NCBI GenBank assembly: GCA_951804945.1
Contig: OX638164.1
Location: forward strand, 23,002,001-23,066,000
Direction of reading: 5' to 3'
Source: Podarcis cretensis
Lineage: Eukaryota
DNA length: 64,000 nucleotides
In this document: piece by piece, positions 24,904 through 38,610 of the stretch
Numbering within the stretch: position 1 is the first letter of the stretch
Layout of the letters: each line of letters starts with the position of its first letter
Position numbers and translations under genes: made by a program
Notes under the pieces: model-generated
Database searches by the model: none
What the model was told of the DNA's origin: nothing
What the model saw: only the letters and a program-made list of their open reading frames with translations

Positions 24904-26364
24904 ATCAGCTCAGTGACTCTTGAGTCAGGGACTTCTGAACAGGGACCTCCAGTGTCTATACCCCAGGCCAGTGTCTATACCCCAGGCCAGCATCTCCAGT
25001 GTCTATACCCCAGGCCAGCATCTTCCCTGCCCAAGGAACCAATTTCCCCTGTGGCAGAGACCACATTGTCAACACAGGTAACAATTGTGGAGGGAACTGT
25101 CAGAAAGGAGGAGGAGGAGGAGTTCTGGGCTGCAAACCAATGCCCTGCCCCTTTAATTATAGATCTTCCACGTCTCAAAGAAAGTGCAGAGCCTGGGAAG
25201 GATGATCTGGCCCCGGAAACATAACAGCCTTTAGCCCACTGTTGGACTTTGTTGGAATACTTTGCTTACTAGGGGATGCATCCAGCGTTTTCTGCGCACC
25301 AGCACAAGGGCTCTTGCACATGAGTATTCATGTTGAGCAACAGAAGAATCCAATGCAGCAGTTGCACTAGCAGAAACTCATTGCACAACAGATTGTGAAG
25401 TCTATTGCACAATAGAGTCACCAGAATGCGTATGAGTTTTTTTTTCAGAACACCATTCTGCAAGGGTACAAACCAAAACCATTTGACACTGGGGAAAAGG
25501 CAATCTTGCTACAAGTTCCACTGAAAGGGATGAATGTCACCCCCTCCCCTGCCTTAAGTGCCCACATTCTTTTATATTCTGTATGTAAATCTTCAGTGTC
25601 TTTTCCTCGCCGTTTTGTGTGAAGGATGGTGCCGTTCAAAACAAATTGCACTGTGCCGCAAATGCAATTCCCTCTCCCCAAAACAATCCATGCTTCCTCA
25701 ACCTTGCTGCCTCCTCCAGACGTTTTGAATTGAGTGAGAATGAGATTGGTAAAGGTCGTTTCAGGAAAGGCAAAGAAGCACGAAGGAGCATGCCCTTTGG
25801 TTGAAGCTGATTTGAGTCTGTTGCTTCAGAGCACAGCCACAGTTTCCCAGTGGAGACAGCAGGGGAAACAAACAAAACAACAACATCTGTATCCCCTGGG
25901 AAACAAAACCATGGCCCTGCTTAGTGGGGGCATCTCATGATGCTTTATTTGGGTATCATGTAAGTTGATCAGGTTTGAAAAATGGCTGAAAGGTGTATTT
26001 GGTCAAACACCTGTCCAGAGCTCAATGGTAGAGGACATGCATTGAATGCAAAAGCTGAGGCTGCTGAAGAGACCAGAGACCATATTGGCCTGGAAGACCT
26101 GCTCCCTGCCTTGCAGGCCTTTTCCCACCTGGCCTGAGAAGGGAGGGCCTGGACTGACTCCAGCTACAAAAGCTGAGTCCACAAAACAGACTCTTGGGCT
26201 GGGGTATTGTTTACAGGGGGCGTTGTTGGGGCAGGGTATTGTTGCTGTTAGCTTTTTATATCTTTATTTTAGAACTTGTGATTTCTATGGAAATAGTTCC
26301 TTTCAGTTGTGTATTTTGTTTTGTTTTGTTTATTGTTTATAATTACTTTATTATGTTGTAGTTA

Positions 26365-26718
26365 CAGGCATCCTCCTACTTATGTGGGGTTTATGTTCTG
26401 GGCTCCGTGCACATAACTGAAATAGCGTAAAGGGGGGAGTACCTCATTTTAATAGGGCATGCAGGGAGGGGGGAGAGAGAGAGACTCACATGTGCCACCA
26501 GGGCCACCGCCTGTTGGGCCTTCTCTCACTTGGGGCTGCTCCTCCAAGCCTTCTCTCCAATCCCTCGCATCACAACAAGTGAGTGACCAAGAGCAACTTC
26601 TGGGCAGCAGCCCCAAGCAAGGGAAGGCACAGCATTCCAATCAATTTATTTATTTTGCGGCGACCTGCATAAAAGCAGTCACACACAAATAAAACGTGCA
26701 TAACTGGGGGAATGCCTG
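26365..26718. mobile_element. Older Tc1/mariner-like MITE
   Basis: TA|caggcatcctcc...gggggaatgcctg|TA degenerate TIRs. Confidence 0.6.
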
Positions 26719-27334
26719 TATGTGGTTTTTCCATGTTGTAAGCTGCCTTGAGCATGGTTTGAACTGTGGAAAGGCAGCATACAAATAACATTATGTATGT
26801 TTGTTATGTATGTAGATGGTCCCAGGTTCAACCCCTCCTATATTTATTTATTTATTCACTATAGGCGGTTACAGAAGCATCAGACAGCACCTCATGCAAA
26901 CTTGCTCTGGGTCTATTTTAGTATTCAGTTAATCGCTAATATAGTATATAAATTACTGAGATCGTTAAGTAGAGTATTTTTTTTTATTAGTGTGGAAAAA
27001 TGTTTTGCCTCCCACCTTCATCGGCTGCTAAAACATTTTGCCATGTTGATAAAAATGATGCTTTGCTAATCACAGTAGCACACACACAATATTTGCATTA
27101 TATTTCTGTTTTCCACACAACAACATATAATAAGTGGTTTATGAGATAAATGCATACACACACACACACACAACTTAAAACCCACAGTAATGCAATCAAA
27201 TGTGATGCGGCGTAAAAATCAGAGTCAAAATTACTATCGGGATCAAAGAGTGGAGAATAGAACATAAGAGCTAGAACAGATAGAAAAGGTCACAACAAGA
27301 TTTGAAAGATGGGTGGGGGTTTGAAAGGTCCTTA

Positions 27335-27700
27335 AAGGTAAAGGTAAAGGTAAAGGTAAAGGTAAAGGGACCCCTGACCATTAGGTCCAGTTGTGGCCGA
27401 TTCTGGGATTGCGGCGCTCATCTCGCTTTATTGGCCAAGGGAGCCGGCGTACAGCTTCTGGGTCATGTGGCCAGCATGACTAAGCCGCTTCTGGCGAACC
27501 AGAGCAGCACACAGAAACGCCGTTTACCTTCCCACCGGAGCAGTACCTATTTATCTACTTGCACTTTGACGTGCTTTCAAACTGCTAGGTTGGCAGGAGC
27601 TGGGACCGAACAACGGGAGCTCACCTCGTCGCAGGGATTCGAACCGCCGACCTTCTGATAGGCAAGTCCTAGGCTCTGTGGTTTAACCTACAGTGCCACC
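27335..27700 (-). mobile_element. Sauria SINE
   Basis: (AAAGGT)n tail on plus. Perfect 14-bp TSD ttgaaaggtcctta (27321-27334 / 27701-27714). Confidence 0.93.
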
Positions 27701-28688
27701 TTGAAAGGTCCTTACTGGCTTCCAAAAGGATGTTAGAGGAAGCAGCAGATCGTCCTCTGCGAGGAGGGCCTTCTGCAACTGGGGAACCTTCATCAAACAG
27801 AACACTCTGCTCCAGCCACCCACAACTCCCCATCTAGTGATGGCACCTGTAGAAGGCTTTCTGACAAAGACCTCAAGGTCTTTGTAGGTACATGGGAGAA
27901 GAGGAAGAGTCCTTCAGATATTGTCCCAAGCCATGAAGGCCCTTAAAGGTCAACACCAGTCCTTTGAATTGGACTGCGAGCCAGTGAAGATGGCAAAGTA
28001 CTGATGTGATATGTTTGCAACACAACATGTCCCAGTTAGGAATCTGACAGCCATATCCTTGACTGAATTTTCCAGGTTGTTTTCAAAGGTAGCCCCAGGT
28101 GCAACACAGTGTGATGATCTAAACAGGAGATCACCAGGGCACAGATCCTGGAGGCAAGATGGGATCCCAGCTGGTGTATTAGCCCAAGCTAGTAGAAGGC
28201 ATCCCAAACTAGAGAGGCCACTTGTGTCTCTAATGACACAGAGGGATCACTAAGAATTCCAAACTAAGAACCTTTACAGTGAATGCAACCTTCTCCAGAA
28301 CAGGTTGACACATCATTCACCTGGGCAGGTAAGCAGCCCTCAAAGTAACTACCCTCTGTCTGGTGTGGATTGAGTTTCAAGTTATTGGCCCTCATCCAGC
28401 CCATTACCTTATCAAGGCACAAAAATTAACTAGATCAGGTATGGCTAATCTGTGGCCCTCCAAATAATGTTGAACTCCCATCATCCCCAGTCAGCATGAC
28501 ACTAGGCAAAGATGATGGGAGTTGAAGTCCAACATCATCAAGAGGGACATAGGTCAGCTGCCTCTGGGCTAGATAGGTTGATGGTCCAATACTGGACCAA
28601 GATGGACTAATGATTCAGCAGACTGAAATGATATAATCATTCATATGATCTCTAAATGAGCGGCTATTATGCTGTTCATCATAAGATA

Positions 28689-28903
28689 CAGTGGTACCTT
28701 GGGTTACGAACTTAATTCATTCCGGAAGTCCGTTCTTAACCCGAAGCGTTCTTAACCCGAGGCACGCATTCCCTACATAGGCCTCCATGGCCCTGGAAGA
28801 GGAATTGTGTTCGTATCCCGGGGCAAAGTTCGCAGCCTGGGACACCTACTTCCGGGTTTGTGGAGTTTGTAACCCAAAGCGTTTGTAACCTGAGGTACCA
28901 CTG
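28689..28903. mobile_element. Tigger/mariner-like MITE
   Basis: TIR cagtggtacct..ggttac / gtaacctgaggtaccactg, TA TSD. Confidence 0.88.
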
Positions 28904-29057
28904 TACAACAAGGGCAGCAGAACAAGATTCCTTTCACTTGTGCTTTTTTTGTGATGGAACTCACTGTTACAGAGTGCATTCCCCCCATTTTTGTTGCCCA
29001 TGGCAGCCATTTTGTGCTGGCACCCATGACACTTTTATCAAGGTTTGAGTACTGAGT

Positions 29058-29061
<4 letters not shown>

Positions 29062-29123
<62 letters not shown>
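29062..29123. repeat. Compound (CT)n(CA)n microsatellite
   Basis: Seen directly. Confidence 0.95.
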
Positions 29124-30985
29124 TGCCAATCGACTATGCCCTCTGCATCATTTGAATCTTTAAAATAGTCAAATACAAAAAAATAAATAAATACACCAAC
29201 CAAAAGCAAACACAAAGCAGAAAGAAAATCAAATCAAATCAAATCAAATCCTAGTTATACTCAGAGCAGACCCATTGACATTAATAGATGTGACTAATTT
29301 ACATCTATTAATGTCAGTGGGTCTACTCTGAGTTGAAGCTAAGTGGATACAACCCATAAACACACCACTCGATGATGCCACCTTTATTAGATATTCAACA
29401 TCTGTAAGATGCGTGGGTAGTTCTGGTCTCTGCACTAGCGACTGGGGAACAGTGCCCCCTCTCCCCTGATAATATCAGCATTAGCTGCAATCAATGAATG
29501 AGCATTGCAGCCAACTGCGATCAATCCCCTCTTTGACTGGAGCTTGATTTTTTGTTGTGATAGCGTTGCAAATGGCTCTCTTTCATTTTTCCCCTTCTAT
29601 GCTTTTAAGAACCCTGTTGGGATTTTTGTGCGGCGGTTAGATTCTTTTGGACACACAAGCAAGCAACCTTCATTTCTGAAATGGCCCTCCTTCCCCGCCT
29701 GCTCCGATTAACATCACAGAGGAGAAATTCCATCTGTGCTTACTTACATTTAAGTTCTGGAAATCAGATCAGTCGCTTGGGCCAAAAGATTTTTTTTTTT
29801 TTTGATGGGGAGGGGGGCTATTTTCTTCTCCCAAAAGGCAGGCTTTAAGATGATGGATGGCAGCCAAAGATTAATTTATTGTGGCAGAGGGGACACTGAA
29901 GGTGGGCTACACACACACATGTATATCTATAGATATATACACCTTCATTTATATACTGTATCTGGAAGATCTCTCTTGGTTCCATTAAATATCCACTGGG
30001 GACCAGTTGGCGACTCGAGAGACTGGCTGGGTTTATCAAGTCAAATAGCATTTTCATTCAGGTACTGCCCCTGACAACAGCACCTACCCTTTCCCCACCC
30101 TGGAGCCCACAATTTAGATGAAGCCTCTCTTCAATAGAGAGACCCACTATCAAGTTGTTAAAAGCAGGGACACACTAAGTGAAAATGCTAATGGGGTGGA
30201 AATGAGCAAAGCTGAGAAGCTGGGCTCCAGACTTCTGCAGTAACTTAAGCAGAGCATCTGGAAACTGGTTTGGTGGAGAAGGAAAAGCACAGAATTAATA
30301 GTCTAAAGAGCTCTAGAAACAGCAAGCAGACGTAGTAAACTCATGCTCCAACTTGGTGTCACTGAGCTTCATCCAGTAACTTGTGGACACAACACTGTCC
30401 CGGGAAGAAATCAAGGGAAGATATCAACATTTTAAACACTCGGCGACCTTTCAAAATTGACTTCAAATGGAATTGCCACTGAATTCTGTATACAGACATA
30501 TTTTTAATCCATGGGTTTTAAGCACACACCATCGATGCATTTCAGATGTTTGGGATGCAAGGCAGATCTGAAATGGATCCACTTTGGACCTCCAGGGCCC
30601 AGCACATTGTCAGGAGATTAACCGCCACATGCCAAGCACTGAAACAGAGGTGGGAGAACTAGTGGTTCTGCAGATGTTGTTGGACTGATTCTCATTGTCC
30701 CAGATCACTGGCCATGTTGACGGGGGCTGATGTGAGTTGGAGTCCAAGCATTTCTGGAGAACCACAGGTTCCCTGTCTCTGGCCTAGAAGGGGCTTGCCT
30801 CTGCTGCAGAATTCTTGCCACAAACAGGGTGCTCTTGTAGCTTTACTATCAGCCTTGCATTCAATTACTGCCTTACAGTTTAGCACATGAAACCCATGTA
30901 TGGTTCCATCACTTCCAATGCTCTCACATACAAGTTTTCTAAGCACATCGTGTGCAAGTCCAGAGAGGACAACGTGAATTCCTAC

Positions 30986-31299
30986 CAGTGGCGTAGCGTG
31001 GGTTGCCAGCGCCTGGGGCGGGACAAGTGTTGTGCCCCCCCTGGACTGCCCAGTCCAGTCCAGCTGGGGTAGGAGCGTGTGCCGGGGGGGGGGGCACAAA
31101 CAGAGCCCACACAGAGGGTGAAAGGAACCCACCTCCAAGAGGCTCATAGCCTGCTGCCTCCATCCACCTGCCTGCTAGACCAACCTGCCTGTCGCTGCAT
31201 CTCAGCTGCTAGGGATCTGTGCCTGTCATGGAGGCACTTGATTGTGTCCTCTCAAATATGTGAGCCTGGGGTCACGGCCCCCTCTACATCCCCCACACG
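30986..31299. mobile_element. hAT MITE (cagtggcgtagcg family), right TIR eroded
   Basis: Left TIR identical to the 43644 copy. Perfect 8-bp TSD attcctac (30978-30985 / 31300-31307). Confidence 0.75.
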
Positions 31300-31697
31300 A
31301 TTCCTACTGAACAATCATGCAACAAACTCCTGCTCCCCATAGGTAAGATCAGCAAACATAACCAGGTATGTGCACATTTTGTACTTATTGCTATACAGAA
31401 GTGGCTTCCTTTTGGGAGTTTAGTGTTGGCTCCTACTCAGAACATGCACTTGGACAAAATAGTGGTAGAGCCTCTCTCTGGCATGCAGAAGGCGCCAGGT
31501 TTAATCCTTGGCATCTCTGGGGGCAGGGATAGACTCCTGCCTGAAACCCTGGAGAAACCCTCCCAGTTAATGTAGACAGTACAGAGTGAGATGACTCAGC
31601 ATGACACAGCATGAAGCAGATTCCTAAGTTCCTCCACTGTGAAATAATTCTAAACTTGGTTTTAGCACATCACATCCCGTTAATGTTCCACCCTTAC

Positions 31698-31985
31698 CGG
31701 GGTTGTGCTGCTGCCTCCGTAGAAGGTGACCTCTTCCCAAGTAGCAACAAAAATGGACACAGCGTTGAATGATGGCAGGTTCTTGAAATACTTCCGGATA
31801 TCTTTGGAGACCTTCTTGAGGAGATCAGGATCCGTGCTCTCCCGGTAATAGACTTCCCCTCGGATGCCGTTGTGGACGTCTGCCCAGAAAGGAGCGATAA
31901 AAGCCCTCCCGTCAGCCAGGGGGAAAGACTCTGGCGTGAACTGGCTGACCAGTACATTAAAGGAAACGACGCCATTGTTGTTGAC
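31698..31985 (-). CDS. TECTA: Alpha-tectorin exon 4: NIDO domain
   Basis: [49 protein letters not shown]...[15 protein letters not shown]. Acceptor tcgcag, donor CCG|GTAAGG. 288 nt, phase 0 to 0. Confidence 0.96.
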
Positions 31986-32442
31986 CTGCGAGGGAAAGCG
32001 GAATGGTTTGATTTAAGCCAGTGCAAGGCTTGGCAGCGAGAGGCAGAAATGTCAGCTTAAAATTATGCTTGCGTAGGTTGAGCTGGTGGCAGAGGCTGGG
32101 CTATGCAATTATGGGTTGTAAATAGAGCTATATTTCTAGGCTCCTCTGTGGCCTTCATCTCACCCTGAGGCTGGGATAGAACTGAGGTTCAAAAACCCAC
32201 AGAGAAATGGAACCCAGAGGTCACCCCACCCCCCTGGAAATTTCCATACTCTGCATTCTCATCATGACCACCTTTTCACAGAATACTCACCAAAGCAGAC
32301 TGGTCTAAAGAGATTTGTGGGAATTATCTTCTGGGGAAGTTGTATGCTTCCAATGTATGGTGCGTAGTCAGCCCTAACCTGCACATCTCCTGCAGTCTTC
32401 TGCTCCGTTAGCAGTTAGTTTCCCATTGGGAAACAACCAGAC

Positions 32443-32956
32443 CAGGACCGTCTTAAGCATACAAGGTGCCCAGGTTGCCCAGAGTTGTCAACCTTTTTTT
32501 AGGGGGGGGGACCCAAAGTTGTTGACCTTTGTTTAGGGCAGGCCAGTGAGACACGCATGGCAAAGCTGACCTGGCCTGCTGCCTCAGCATCAACAGAGGA
32601 GCGGCAGCAGAGCAAGGCCGGAGCTGAGCGCCTGGGGTGGGCAAGCAGAGCCCAGCACAACAGTTGAGCCTGAGATGGTGGCGGCTGAGCGAAGCTGTGT
32701 GCCTTGTGTGAGCAGCGTGCGTTGGGCAGGCCTCTCAATGGCCCACCAATCCCAGGCGCGCAGGAGGGTGGAGTTAGCCGGCACCTCGCTCAACTGTAGC
32801 AGAAAAGTTGTAGTGCTCTGATGGGCTCTACTCCACTCGGCAGCGGCTGTTGGCTCTTCCCAATCCCCAGACTCCAAATCTTGGCCCTGGACTCTCGGCC
32901 TGGAGCTCCTGAGAGCCCTGCGCCCACCCCTAGCACCTATGGGTAAGATGGTCCTG
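32443..32956. mobile_element. hAT MITE
   Basis: TIR caggaccgtctta / taagatggtcctg. 8-bp TSD aaccagac / aatcagac. Confidence 0.8.
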
Positions 32957-33779
32957 AATCAGACATTTACCTCTGCCCACATCACTTTCTAAAGTGGTAA
33001 CATCCATCAAGAGCTTCACCACACAATTCTGCTTCACTGTTGGAGCCTCCTTGGGACTACACCACATCTAACTACAGGAAACTAGAGAGATGGGGAGCCA
33101 GAAGGAACCAGACGGTGGAAAAGGTCCTCTGTCTGAGACCTCAGAGAGTTTCTTGCTGGTCAGAGTACAGAATCCTGGGTTGGACTGGCCTGTGGTCTGA
33201 CTCAGCGTAAGACAGCTGAGGTCTCTTTCTGCACATTTTGCCCATGTATTTGCTCACCCCTTGATCCTGCACTAAAGAGGTAAATTTTTTTAGTCTTTTC
33301 AAGCACCACCATGAGAGATCAAGTCAGCCGAACAGCTCGTCTGCTAAACAAACAAACAAAGCAAATAAAGATGCAAAAAATTAAAATAAAAAAAAAATCC
33401 CCGAAGCTGGAACGAAATAAATAATCTTCATTTTCCTGCAGCTGCTCCCTCCATACGCTTGTTGCGTGTCATGCAACAGGAATAATGTCCGACGTGTCAA
33501 GGCCCTCGCGTCTCTCTGGTGTTTAATCACCTGCAAAAGGCAATTTATTGCCTTTTATATCCCTGCCCCACGAACATTAGCCCATTAAATATACCTCTGA
33601 CTTTCTTAATCATAAAACCTATCAGTTCATGAAATCTAAGAACTTGTCAGGAGGAATCCCATAAATCTTCCTCTGGCCTGAAATGCTGGAGGGAAGCTGT
33701 GTTTAAAATGCAGACGTTAATGGTGGGGAAAATGAATAATAGGGTCCGGCGGCTTCCGCAGCCCCAGCCCTGTACTTAC

Positions 33780-33913
33780 AAAAATGGTTCGATATGGGAC
33801 TCCGAAGAAGATGAATGGGAAGGACAGCTTGATCTCCGGGGAGCTGCCGTCATCCACTTTGGGCGTTTTGGTGTCGTTGGGCCAGAACGGATACAAAATT
33901 GCCATGGCCTGAG
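33780..33913 (-). CDS. TECTA: Alpha-tectorin exon 3: mature N-terminus
   Basis: (A)[44 protein letters not shown]. Acceptor ttacag, donor TTT|GTAAGT. 134 nt, phase 1 to 0. Confidence 0.96.
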
Positions 33914-34194
33914 CTGTAATTGGGACATATGTTCTATTATTCAAATGCCAGCCCCACTGTGTTGCGGTCACCATTGGCACACAATCAGAACCATCTCATC
34001 TCCCTCGCCCTGAAAGCCCCTTTAATATTTAAAACAAACAAGCAAAATGAGTACCTGTCGACTAAGATGCACCTCCATCTGCGGTGAGTCATAGCTGGTA
34101 ATTTAGAATGACACACAAATTCACTATACTCAGGCAAGATATAAGGACCAGCAAAACTGAAACCTGTGGACCTTAGAGCAGACACATGCAAATT

Positions 34195-34573
34195 CAGACC
34201 CCCTCAAGTGTCCCTATTTTCCAGGAAGAATCCCGCATTTACAGAAGCCGTCCCGGTTTCTGATTTGGTCCCAGAATGTCCTGCTTTTCCATAGGACGTC
34301 CCTATTTTCATCAGAGAAATGTTGGAGGGTATGGAGTTATGTGACCCCTGAGCCAAGGAGATAAGTAACTATACACCCTTTAGAAGACATCTGAAGGCAG
34401 CCCTGTATAGGGAAGTATTTTAATGTTTAATGCTGTATTATGTTTTTATATATATTGGAAGCTGCCCAGTATGGCTGAGGCATTCCATTCAGATGGGCAG
34501 GGGTATAAATAATAAAATTGTTGTTATTAAATAGGACGTCCCTATTTTCATCAGAGAAATGTTGGAGGGTATG
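34195..34573. mobile_element. Composite hAT (Blackjack-like) non-autonomous element with duplicated end
   Basis: gtccc-rich subterminal motifs. The 43-bp end ataggacgtcc...gttggagggtatg is present twice (34291-34333, 34531-34573). Confidence 0.65.
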
Positions 34574-34739
34574 AGATATGTCCTTAATGTCAGTCATGAC
34601 AATTGATTTCAGTGGGTCTACTCTGAGTAGGCAGGGCGAGATTGGATATAACCCCTAAAGTTTGTCTATCTGCCATGTTTAAAGTTATTTTTCACATTGA
34701 TTTAAGCTAAGCTGAGTGCCAAACCTCCAGTTGCTCATA

Positions 34740-34970
34740 CAGTGGTACCTCTGGTTAAGAACTTAATTCGTTCTAGAGGTCTGTTCTTAACCTGAAACTG
34801 TTCTTAACTTGAAGCACCACTTTAGCTAATGGGGTCTCCTGCTGCCGTTGCACGATTTCTGTTCTCATCCTGAAGCAAAGTTCTTAACCCGAGGTACTAT
34901 TTCTGGGTTAGAGGAGTCTGTAACCTGAAGCGTCTGTAACCTGAAGCATCTGTAACCTGAGGTACCACTG
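34740..34970. mobile_element. Tigger/mariner-like MITE
   Basis: cagtggtacctc...gaggtaccactg TIRs, TA/CA flanks. Same family as the 37324 and 56724 copies. Confidence 0.88.
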
Positions 34971-36813
34971 CATAAGGCCCAAGCCTGAACACGGATACAA
35001 GTTTGCAGGTGTTCCCAGAGAAAGCACTTGCTAAAATGGCCTTACTGGCAAAGGCGAAATGGCAACAGCTCTATCCTGAAACATTCCCATGATGGGCAGA
35101 AACTCCTGCTCACACAACATCAACTGAATTGTATCTGCTTGGCTGAGGTTTCTTTCCCTGATGTTTTTACATGAGGGGATAATGCTGTCTCGGCTAGAAA
35201 AGAACTTTGCTGCCCTCGTTATAGTCAATGAATGCTCAGCCGAGCCTCCAAAGGCAAAACAATTCACCCTCTGTTTAAGACTCTTTGCTGCAGTCCTATG
35301 TTAAGTTTCATATGGGCGCCTACCAGGGCTGCATGGAGACCTTTAGAGGCCCTAAGCCCTGAGAAGGTGATGGATCCCCAGGTGCAATTCAAAGTAAGAA
35401 CAATAGTTAACCGTATAAAATAAAAATTATAAAATAACAATGAAGCATAGATTTATTGTAGCACACGACAGGACCTGATATCCATGCATTATTTCCATCT
35501 ATGTTAGTAGGACGTCCCCTGGTTTAAGTGGGGATAAGTAATTGAAAAGAGAATGGAAGACAGGGGAAAAGTGTGGAGTGTAAAGAAATCTAACAAAGTT
35601 CTGATTTTTCCCATGATGACTGCTCAAGACTTTAATTTTTTTTAAAAAATAATCACGTTTTTTGAATATAAAACAATCTCATTTTGTGTGTGTGCACTCT
35701 TTCACTGAAAGTGCTTTAAGCATGTGCTTAAATGGAGATTAATGGAGATACATCTGCAGAAACTGAAGAACTGGCCATTGAAATATGAACTTTTTAAAAG
35801 GAGTGGAATGATTTTGGACAGTATATGGTGTATAATATTTCTGTCACGCACCTGCTGGATTGTTCTAACCTACACAGAATGGAAGGAGTAAAAATGTTGT
35901 TGCGTTTTTATTGTTGTTATTGGTGTTCTTGTTGGGAGCCGCCCAGAGTGGCTGGGGAAACCCATCCAAATGGGTGGGGTTTAAATAAATCATTATTATT
36001 ATTATTAGCCCAGAATGGCCTATCGAGTCATTCAGCGCTGGCACCTTCCCACTGCGTCTTCCTGGATTTTGAGAAAAGGAGAGTCCCCTTGGCTGTCCTC
36101 CTGCTCTTTGGCCCATCAGCAGCACTTGTCTTAACAATTCGATCAGAACACCTAAAGGCCAAAACTAGGGATGGAAGGATCTGCCTTCTATCTGCTTTCC
36201 TGGATTTCAGTTCACTCACCAGCCTTAAATTCAGTTCTCCACATTTTGCAGCTATTTACTGATTTTCTTTCTTTTTTAAAAATACCTCTTGAAAATTCAT
36301 TGGTTTTAGTACGAATTTTTCCTAATAATCACATTTTTATATGCACTTTTGACTTACTTTGCAAGCAATCTTCCCTGCCGTAACGCATTTCTGTATATTA
36401 TTTTCACTAACGTTTACATTCTTATGCACGCTTTCCCTCAGTGTATGCATCTTTGTAAACCTGGTTCAGTTGGAAAACTGCCTCACAAAATTCAGAGCAG
36501 TGTGAATGTCAAAGGCTTAGCTGTGTTTCGGTGGACATATAGCTTTGGAAAGTGCAGATTTGATGGGTTTGCATGCTGAATCCAATCTCTCCACCATCCC
36601 TGGACACAACCTCAGGGCCCTTCGCCCTTTTCTGAATCACATTACACATTCCCACCTCTGCTTTCAGCCACAGCGAGGTCTTCACGCAATGGCATTTCTC
36701 CTAATTTGCTAAATGCCGTAATGGCAGGTAGAGTCGGGCCTCCTTCTCACAGTTTCTGAAAGACTTGAGTTCTTTTCACACAACGAGGTGTGTACTAGGA
36801 ATGCATTCATGTA

Positions 36814-36836
36814 GTGTGTGCGTGTGTGTGTGTGTG

Positions 36837-36884
<48 letters not shown>

Positions 36885-36904
36885 AGGGAGGGAGAGGGGA
36901 GGGG
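36814..36904. repeat. Compound (GT)n(GA)n(GGGA)n microsatellite
   Basis: Seen directly. Confidence 0.93.
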
Positions 36905-37323
36905 ATCACCAGGACTGTATTTGGTGGCCCCATTCCTGCCACAGCACTGGTTGGTGACTAGGCCCGTGGCTTGAATCAAAAGGTGCCGCCCTGATAGAAA
37001 AGCATTTTCTGCCCACAGAAAAAGCTCTTTTGGATGCTGTGTGAAAAATAGAGAGTCCGAATCTTGCACAAGTTCTTGAGCAAGGCCCTTGTATTGCCAT
37101 CTAGAGAGGAGCTGCAACAAATATTGCAGTGTGGTGTTTCTGTTCCAGTGTCCAGCCGGTCATTCCCTCTTCCAATACATTTCATCCTACACCCTCTCCT
37201 CATCTCCAACTCCCCATTTCCCTTCTCTTCCCCAACAGATACTCAGTGTTCTGTGAGCTCTGAGCATGCTGTTTCGGGACCGGACAGGCTGCCTACTTGG
37301 GTATTTTTCCAATAAGAAAACTA

Positions 37324-37549
37324 CAGTGGTACCTCGGGTTACATATGCTTCAGGTTACAGACTCTGCTAAACCAGAAATATGACCTCGGGTTAAGAACTT
37401 TGCTTCAGGATGAGAACAGAAACTGTGCTCCGGCAGCGTGGCAGCAGTGGGAGGCCCCATTAGCTAAAGTGGTACCTCAGGTTAAGAACAGGTTTAGGTT
37501 CAGAACGGACCTCCAGAATGAATTAAGTACGTAACCAGAGATAGCACTG
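37324..37549. mobile_element. Tigger/mariner-like MITE, inverted relative to the 34740 copy
   Basis: TIRs plus TA TSD. Internal sequence is the reverse complement of 34740-34970. Confidence 0.87.
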
Positions 37550-38269
37550 TATAGAGATAACCAGCCTTTGTTGAAGCCTTTAGCGTGCATTGGGCCAGTG
37601 AATCTGGTTAGAGAATGGCCTTTACTTTTTGCACATCGAGCGATGCTGGTAGGTAAGAAAATAATAAAGTTGTTTATTGCAGGAAAGATGCTGAACTTGG
37701 ACAGAAATGTTTCCAGTTCTAGTCCCACTAACTAGTCTAGAGAGGAACAAGGCAGCCATGCTTGCTCCCTTTGTTCTCAGAGGATAGTATGAAGATGACC
37801 TCTCATCCAGAGGTCTGAGAGAGAGAAGTGTGAGGAGGAGGAGGAGGAAGTTGTAAACAGGATGCAACCTGAGACGTATCAGGCCAAACAAGAAAGAGAT
37901 AAGAGAAGTAAGCTGATAGGTTAAAGGTAGAGGGATAGTCTGGGAATGTGGAAGGGCCTCGCACTATCTGCCTTAACCCCATGTAAGGCCCTCTTCGGCA
38001 AGCTGAGTTGCACCCAAACTTCCAACAAAAGCCCTTCGGCTTGGCACCACGACAGGCATGAAGGATCTGTTTGTGAAAGAGGGCAACTGTCCTGGCTCTG
38101 GAGATCGGTTACAAGGACTTGAGATCGTTGAAATAAATAAATGGCCCAGCGCAGCAGGATGCAGGCTCCACCCTCTGCCGTGATGAGGGAAATCCCTGGT
38201 CTCCCTGGAGCTTCCCCTCACATTCTTCAGGTGAATACAGTCTCTCAATCCCATCAGCATCAGAGGCAC

Positions 38270-38610
38270 AACTGGTGGTGACACGAGGGAGGGCCTTTTC
38301 TGCGGCTGCCCCCAGATTGTGGAATTCCCTCTCAAGAGAGGTTGGACAGGCTCCCTCCTTGTTGCCTTTCCTCTGGTAGGCTCAGACCTCCCTGTTCTGG
38401 CAGGCCAGACAATACTGACCACTGGGAGCTGGTATTTGGGGCAATCGGTATTTGAATTGCTGGTGCTAAAAGCGTTTTATTGTATTTTAACTAGGGTCTT
38501 CGGCTACGCTTTAAAAATTGCTTTGTGCTTTATCAAGATGCTTAAAAAATTTTTTTAGTCGTCTTGAATCCCATCTTGGGAGAAAGGTAGGATATCCACA
38601 CATTTTTTTC
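38270..38610 (+). mobile_element. Degenerate L2-like 3' fragment (others at ~27715-28400 minus, 41300-41520 minus, 61780-62300 plus)
   Basis: gagggccttttctgcggctgcccccagattgtggaattccctc (RAFS.AAP.LWNSL motif), similar to the 3' end of the 4299 element. Approximate boundaries. Confidence 0.55.

Noticed and set aside
33914-34191. Alternative TECTA starts suggested by the ORF track (MPMVTATQ..., MTHRRW...)
   Set aside because: No signal-peptide character and wrong phase. The exon at 42148-42085 matches the known N-terminus and phase.
37569-38026. Solo LTR (TGTTG...CAACA)
   Set aside because: No target-site duplication found; boundaries and class cannot be supported.
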